From NCBI GenBank assembly GCA_035637575.1, contig DASPWY010000166.1, forward strand, positions 1-60,157: DNA of 60,157 nt, written 5' to 3'. Shown here one piece after another: positions 55,576 to 60,157 of the stretch. The first letter of the stretch is position 1; each line of letters opens with the position of its first letter. The notes beneath the pieces were generated by a model that was given only the letters and a program-made list of their open reading frames with translations, was not told where the DNA came from and did no database searches. Made by a program: the position numbers and the translations under genes. Origin of the DNA: Candidatus Bathyarchaeia archaeon (lineage in GTDB: Archaea; Thermoproteota; Bathyarchaeia; 40CM-2-53-6).

Positions 55576-56178
55576 ATGCCCAGGCTAATCGAGGAAGAAC
55601 TTCCAAAGATCATGGTTCATACCGGGGCTCTGAAGTTTGGCATGTTCACGCTTTCCGGAGGAAAACTCAGTCCATACTATCTTGACTTACGAGTCCTTCC
55701 AAGTTTTCCAGACGCATTCCACGCCTCAATCGAACTCTTGGGAAAGACCGCGAGAACGATCGCAGATATTGCGAAGATCGCCGGGATTCCAACGGGCGGG
55801 CTGCCATGGGCTTCAGTCTTGGCCTACACTCTCTCCAAGCCACTCGTCTACGTGAGAAAGGAAGTGAAGCATCACGGTCGAGAGAAGATGGTTGAAGGTC
55901 TCCTCGTTCCAGGTGACAGGGTCTTGCTAGTAGACGATGTGATTACTTCAGGGAAGAACATTCTCGACGCCGCACAGACGCTTAGGGCTGAAGGGGGAGT
56001 TGTCGAAGACGCTTTAGTCTTAGTTGACCGCGAGGAGGGAGGAAGGGAACATCTTCTCAAAGCCGGCATGAAGCTTCATTCGGTCACTGGGATTTCTCAA
56101 CTTGCCAAGCGACTGGTGGATATGGATGCTATCTCGGAATCACAGTACGAGGAGCTGACGACGCAGCTTCAGAAGTGA
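55576..56178 (+). CDS. pyrE: Orotate phosphoribosyltransferase
   Basis: It has the PRPP-binding motif VLLVDDVITSGKN and the N-terminal FTLSGGKLSPYYLDLR. Confidence 0.9.
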   Translation: MPRLIEEELPKIMVHTGALKFGMFTLSGGKLSPYYLDLRVLPSFPDAFHASIELLGKTARTIADIAKIAGIPTGGLPWASVLAYTLSKPLVYVRKEVKHHGREKMVEGLLVPGDRVLLVDDVITSGKNILDAAQTLRAEGGVVEDALVLVDREEGGREHLLKAGMKLHSVTGISQLAKRLVDMDAISESQYEELTTQLQK

Positions 56179-56198
56179 TTTCTAGCAACTACTAGGGT

Positions 56199-57521
56199 TT
56201 GACCAAATTGGCTCAGTCAATTTCTCTATTCAAAGAACTGCAAGTAAGTCGTCACGTTCTGGACAACGGTCTCAAAGTCCTGATCCGCGAAATACCAAAC
56301 GCCCCAGTGTCCGGCTGCTGGGCCATATACCGGGTCGGATCTCGAAACGAGAGGCCGGGTGTGACGGGAATCTCTCACTGGGTCGAACACATGCTCTTCA
56401 AAGGTGGAGGCAAACTCCACAAAGGCGACATAGGACGGATAGTCAGCAGCGTCGGAGGAGAGTATAACGGATTCACGTCAAAGGATTTCACAGCGTACTT
56501 TGAGGTACTTCCGGCTGATCAGATAGAGAAGGGGCTTCTTATCGAATCTGAACGCATGATGAACGCGGCCTTTGATCCGAGAGAGGTTGAGTCTGAGAGG
56601 ACGGTCGTTGTCTCGGAACGAGAAGGTAACGAGAACGATCCTGAGTTCTTAGCCCAAGAGGAACTGTTCCTCTCAGCGTTCAGATTTCACCCGTACAGAT
56701 GGTCTGAGGGAGGACTGAAGGCTGATCTTTTGAAAATAACGAGAGACGATCTCTTCGAACACTACCGGCGCTACTATGTTCCTAGAAACGCACTGCTCGT
56801 CGTTGTCGGTCCCTTCTCGCCGAAGAAGATTCTGCCAAAGATCGAAGAGTTCTTTGGACCACTAGCGAAGAGTGATCAATCGGCTGATCCCACGATCGCC
56901 GAGCCTTCCCAATCTGGTGAGAGACGGGTCGAGGTTCGAATCCCGTCTGAGGCCGACTACATCAAAGTTGCATATCATACCCCTGGGTTTGGGAGCGAGG
57001 ATGTCTATGGGCTGATGATGCTTGACGCGATCCTTAGCGGGGTTCGCCTCTTCGCATTCGGCCCCGGCCAATCTTCAGGAAGAAGCGCGAGACTCCACAA
57101 GGCGCTTGTTGAGAGAAAGCTGGCGACTGAAGCGAGTTCGGAGTTCTGGCCGACCATCGATCCTTCAGTGTTCGCGTTGGACCTCACGGTATGGGAGGGC
57201 GTCTCAATCAACAAGGCCGAGAAGGTTTTGCTGGAAGAAATCGAAAAGATACGAAGGATCCCTCCTAGCAAGCACGAGCTTGAACGGGCGATCGCACAGA
57301 TCAGGGCTCAGTATGCGTACACACTTGACGGAGTTGCTCGACAAGGCTTCGTGATTGGGATATTCGAAATGATCACATCCTTCGAGACCATGGCGAGGCT
57401 TGTTGAAAAACTGGAGAAGATATCGCCTGCGAAGGTTTCGGAGATCGCCGCGAAATACTTGACGGCGCAGAACCGGACGGTGTGCCGATGTATCGGCGTA
57501 AGGAACGACCATGGGTCTTGA
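56199..57521 (+). CDS. M16 (pitrilysin/insulinase) family zinc peptidase, catalytic subunit
   Basis: It has the inverted zincin motif HWVEHMLFKG (HxxEH) and a downstream ERTVVVSE glutamate. The start codon is TTG. Confidence 0.85.
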   Translation: MTKLAQSISLFKELQVSRHVLDNGLKVLIREIPNAPVSGCWAIYRVGSRNERPGVTGISHWVEHMLFKGGGKLHKGDIGRIVSSVGGEYNGFTSKDFTAYFEVLPADQIEKGLLIESERMMNAAFDPREVESERTVVVSEREGNENDPEFLAQEELFLSAFRFHPYRWSEGGLKADLLKITRDDLFEHYRRYYVPRNALLVVVGPFSPKKILPKIEEFFGPLAKSDQSADPTIAEPSQSGERRVEVRIPSEADYIKVAYHTPGFGSEDVYGLMMLDAILSGVRLFAFGPGQSSGRSARLHKALVERKLATEASSEFWPTIDPSVFALDLTVWEGVSINKAEKVLLEEIEKIRRIPPSKHELERAIAQIRAQYAYTLDGVARQGFVIGIFEMITSFETMARLVEKLEKISPAKVSEIAAKYLTAQNRTVCRCIGVRNDHGS

Positions 57522-58785
57522 GACCGAATTAGGGAAGTTAGTGGAAGAGCAGCCCGCTGGTGCCGGAATCAAGTGCCTCCTATACAAGAACGCGAATAAT
57601 CCGACAGTAGCAGTTCACGGCAGTATTCTGGCAGGAACCTCCTCAGAACCCTCCGGGAAATCAGGTCTCGCGGAACTTACGGCGCGGCTCCTGATTAGAG
57701 GAACCCGGAAGCTCGGAGCAGTCAAGATCGCGGATCTCCTCGAATCTGTCGGGGCCGCGGTTTCCTTCCGAAATTCCCAGGATAGTATCATCTTCCAGGC
57801 GCGAATGACAAGCCCCTGGACCAAACGGGTCCTCGGAGTTGTCACAGACTGTCTGACCAGACCCGCTCTCTCTCCACGGGACATTGAACGAGAGCGAGAA
57901 GGACTCCTGACCGACATTAGGCTTAGAGACGATGACACTACAAGGCGCGGCATGAGGGAGCTTCAGAGAATAGTCTACCCCTCCGGACACCCATACAGGA
58001 AGGACAGGTTTGGAACTGCGGAAACAGTCAAGGATCTTGAACGGTCAGATGTGAAGGACTATTTCGAGAATGTGATCAGCAAAGCACCAACACTCATCGC
58101 GTTTGCGGGACAGTTCAAGAAGGACGAGGTCGTGAGCTGGGCAGCGCGGACTTTTGGAGCGAGGAATGAGAGAAGGATCAATTCGAAGAAGAATACCGAA
58201 TCAAATTCGACTTCTAAGAGTGCGAAAAGAGAGATCGTGATGCCGCACAAGACTCAAGTGGACATCCTAATCGGTGGAGTAGCAAGCTCTCGAACCGAAC
58301 CTGACTACGAGCCGTTGAACTTGTTGAACGTCATCTTGGGCGAGTTGGGCTTCATGGGCAGGCTGGGACAACGGGTCAGGGACAAAGAGGGACTAGCTTA
58401 CTCCTGCACGTCTTTCCTCAATGCGGGACTTGCGGGTGGCAGCTGGACTGCTCTCGCAGGGGTCAACCCTCGGAATGTCACCAAGGCCTTGGAGCTGATG
58501 AAAGAAGAGATTGAACGGGTCCGCCAGGTACTGGTCGAGGAGCAGGAGCTGGTTGATGCTAAACAGAACCAGTTGGGATCTGCTCTGATGGAGTTGGAAT
58601 CGACAGAGGGAATAGCAAGAACTAGCCATAACTTGGCTCACTTTGATCTTGGACTGGACTATTTTGTCAAGAGGCGACAGTTCTTCTCCAAGATAACGCG
58701 GGAAGACCTGATGTCAATGGGCAAGAAATATCTCGACAGTTCTCGATTGTCGACTGTGATTGTGGGTCCCCGTTTGAAGAGATAG
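57511..58785 (+). CDS. M16 family peptidase, non-catalytic partner subunit
   Basis: It has the same two-domain M16 layout but no HxxEH motif. Its start overlaps the upstream M16 gene by 11 nt. Confidence 0.8.
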   Translation: MGLETELGKLVEEQPAGAGIKCLLYKNANNPTVAVHGSILAGTSSEPSGKSGLAELTARLLIRGTRKLGAVKIADLLESVGAAVSFRNSQDSIIFQARMTSPWTKRVLGVVTDCLTRPALSPRDIEREREGLLTDIRLRDDDTTRRGMRELQRIVYPSGHPYRKDRFGTAETVKDLERSDVKDYFENVISKAPTLIAFAGQFKKDEVVSWAARTFGARNERRINSKKNTESNSTSKSAKREIVMPHKTQVDILIGGVASSRTEPDYEPLNLLNVILGELGFMGRLGQRVRDKEGLAYSCTSFLNAGLAGGSWTALAGVNPRNVTKALELMKEEIERVRQVLVEEQELVDAKQNQLGSALMELESTEGIARTSHNLAHFDLGLDYFVKRRQFFSKITREDLMSMGKKYLDSSRLSTVIVGPRLKR

Positions 58786-58809
58786 TTTCCAAGTCTTAAA
58801 TCGCCGATA

Positions 58810-59169
58810 ATGACTGGACTGCAAAACATGGACGATCCGGCCAAGGAAGTCACGATTGATGATTTCAAGCGTCTTGAGATGAGGGTAGGAACGGTGATCG
58901 AGGTGTCCCGGGTTCCTCGAACCAACAAACTGTACAAGGTCGTCGTCGACCTCGGAGTCCATGGAAGAAAACAGACAGCCACAAGCCTAGTTGATTACTA
59001 CAAAGCGGAGGAGTTGCTTCACAAACAAGTAATCTTCTTGGCCAACTTGAAACCTACCACGTTTGCTGGGCAAAAGTCAGAAGGAATGCTTCTGGCAGCC
59101 GCGGAAGGTGACAAGCTAGCTCTGCTGAGTATAGAAAGAGATGTTCCTGACGGTTCACGTGTTAGCTAG
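58810..59169 (+). CDS. tRNA-binding domain protein (CsaA / Trbp111-like)
   Basis: It has an OB-fold tRNA-binding signature: FKRLEMRVGTVIEV ... VIFLANLKPTTFAGQKSEGMLLAA. Confidence 0.85.
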   Translation: MTGLQNMDDPAKEVTIDDFKRLEMRVGTVIEVSRVPRTNKLYKVVVDLGVHGRKQTATSLVDYYKAEELLHKQVIFLANLKPTTFAGQKSEGMLLAAAEGDKLALLSIERDVPDGSRVS

Positions 59170-59184
59170 AAGCCGCACCATGTC

Positions 59185-59826
59185 ATGACAGGAACCTGGC
59201 TGGCCAAGAGAAGGAAGGACCAGTACTACCGGCTCGCACGGATTCGAGGCTACCGAAGCAGATCTGCCTACAAGCTCCAGCAGACCATCAGGACCTACGG
59301 CATTGTAAAACCTGGTCAGAAGGTTGTAGACCTCGGAGCCCAGCCCGGAGGATGGCTACAGGTCGCACGAGAAACAGTTGGGCACGAAGGGCTCGTTCTG
59401 GGCATTGACATTAAAGAGATTCAACCCCTGCATTCACCAAATGTCAAGCTCCTGAAGATGGATGTCTATGCCGAAGATGTGCCCGATCGTATCATCGCCG
59501 AGCTGGGTGGACCAGCGAACACCGTTCTCTCGGACCTAGCCCCCTCTATCATTGGGGCTTGGGACGTAGACCATGCAAGACAAGTGGACCTTGCTCGAAG
59601 GGCTTTGGAGATCGCTGAGAAGGTCTTGGATCATCATGGAAACGTGCTCATCAAGCTCTTTGAGGGCCCCGAACGGAAAAAGCTCCAAGACGACGCAGCA
59701 ATGTACTTCGAGATGAGCCGACTGTTGAAGCCGAAGGCCAGCAGACCGGAAGCCTCCGAAATATACTTCCTTGGACTTGGGTTCAAGGCTCGATGGCATC
59801 AATCGCGCATGGGGCCGACTGGGTGA
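59185..59826 (+). CDS. rlmE: 23S rRNA (uridine-2'-O)-methyltransferase RlmE/FtsJ
   Basis: YRSRSAYKLQQ, VVDLGAQPGGWLQV and VLSDLAP are present. Confidence 0.9.
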   Translation: MTGTWLAKRRKDQYYRLARIRGYRSRSAYKLQQTIRTYGIVKPGQKVVDLGAQPGGWLQVARETVGHEGLVLGIDIKEIQPLHSPNVKLLKMDVYAEDVPDRIIAELGGPANTVLSDLAPSIIGAWDVDHARQVDLARRALEIAEKVLDHHGNVLIKLFEGPERKKLQDDAAMYFEMSRLLKPKASRPEASEIYFLGLGFKARWHQSRMGPTG

Positions 59827-60157
59827 GGGTCATATTACTGACCGGCCGGCCTGGAGTTGGCAAGACAACAATCGTCAATCGGATCTTCGAGCACTATTCA
59901 GCGAGTGGTTTGAAGATTGAAGGAATGACGACGCGCGAGGTCCGCGAGGGAAATGCAAGAACGGGCTTCATGATAACCGACCTCTCATCTGGCCAGGAAG
60001 GATGGCTAGCCAAGAAAGATCTCGCGCCAGGGCCGAGAATCGGATCTTACGTCGTAGTTTCTGAAGATCTAGAGAAGATTGGGGTCGCTGCCTTGGAACG
60101 TTCAATGAAAGGACCTACAGATTTGGTTATCGTAGACGAGATCGGCCCAATGGAAAT
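59823..60157 (+). CDS. Nucleoside-triphosphatase THEP1-like (partial, 3' end outside the window)
   Basis: The GTG start overlaps the rlmE stop (GTGA). It has the P-loop ILLTGRPGVGKTT and a Walker B-like LVIVDEIGPME at the window edge. Confidence 0.8.
   Translation, partial: MRVILLTGRPGVGKTTIVNRIFEHYSASGLKIEGMTTREVREGNARTGFMITDLSSGQEGWLAKKDLAPGPRIGSYVVVSEDLEKIGVAALERSMKGPTDLVIVDEIGPME

Noticed and set aside
1-60157. CRISPR arrays, transposases or integrases, prophage genes and toxin-antitoxin pairs.
   Set aside because: I saw no regularly spaced direct repeats of 24-40 nt. I saw no DDE/serine/tyrosine recombinase signatures and no small paired ORFs with recognisable TA motifs anywhere in the window.

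Overview
This window is a densely coded (~90%) archaeal chromosomal segment of roughly balanced GC, and it is mostly core genome. I call about 60 protein genes plus one truncated tRNA at the left edge.

The archaeal assignment rests on clear family signatures:
- Information processing: Nop5 plus fibrillarin, aCPSF1/FttA, RNA polymerase subunit P, Sm protein, tRNA-splicing endonuclease, RNA 3'-phosphate cyclase, archaeal-type GlyRS.
- Other hallmarks: proteasome beta subunit, diphthine synthase, SepF, archaeal-type NMN adenylyltransferase.
- Metabolic genes: AhcY, GuaB, PyrD, PyrE, TrpB2, acyl-CoA dehydrogenase, an HMG-CoA synthase fused to a DUF35 domain, and an aminopeptidase-hutI-hutU-hutH-cofE-like cluster.
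- Exported or membrane proteins: an S-layer-like glycoprotein candidate, an M6-like zincin, a metzincin and an M16 peptidase pair.

I found no CRISPR array, no transposase or integrase, no rRNA and no obvious defence island. Lineage below the domain level cannot be assigned from sequence alone. SepF argues for an FtsZ-dividing lineage.

No single clear novel system stands out. The observations most worth a second look are:
- A transmembrane KaiC-like ATPase with a three-repeat ectodomain (273-2261).
- A hut operon that lacks hutG, carries a tightly coupled CofE-family gene, and has a hutI with no canonical start codon.
- An orphan N-terminally extended SagB-like dehydrogenase with a divergent 30-codon ORF.
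- An ACT-regulator / palindrome / TrpB2 / mini-HExxH module.
- A wHTH-Hsp20 operon with two GTTAC palindromes around a TATA-like element.
- A frameshifted GAF gene.
- A 143-nt Nop5/fibrillarin overlap.
- A 458-bp non-coding region with three GTTACCA direct repeats.

All family calls come from motif recognition by eye. No database search was run.
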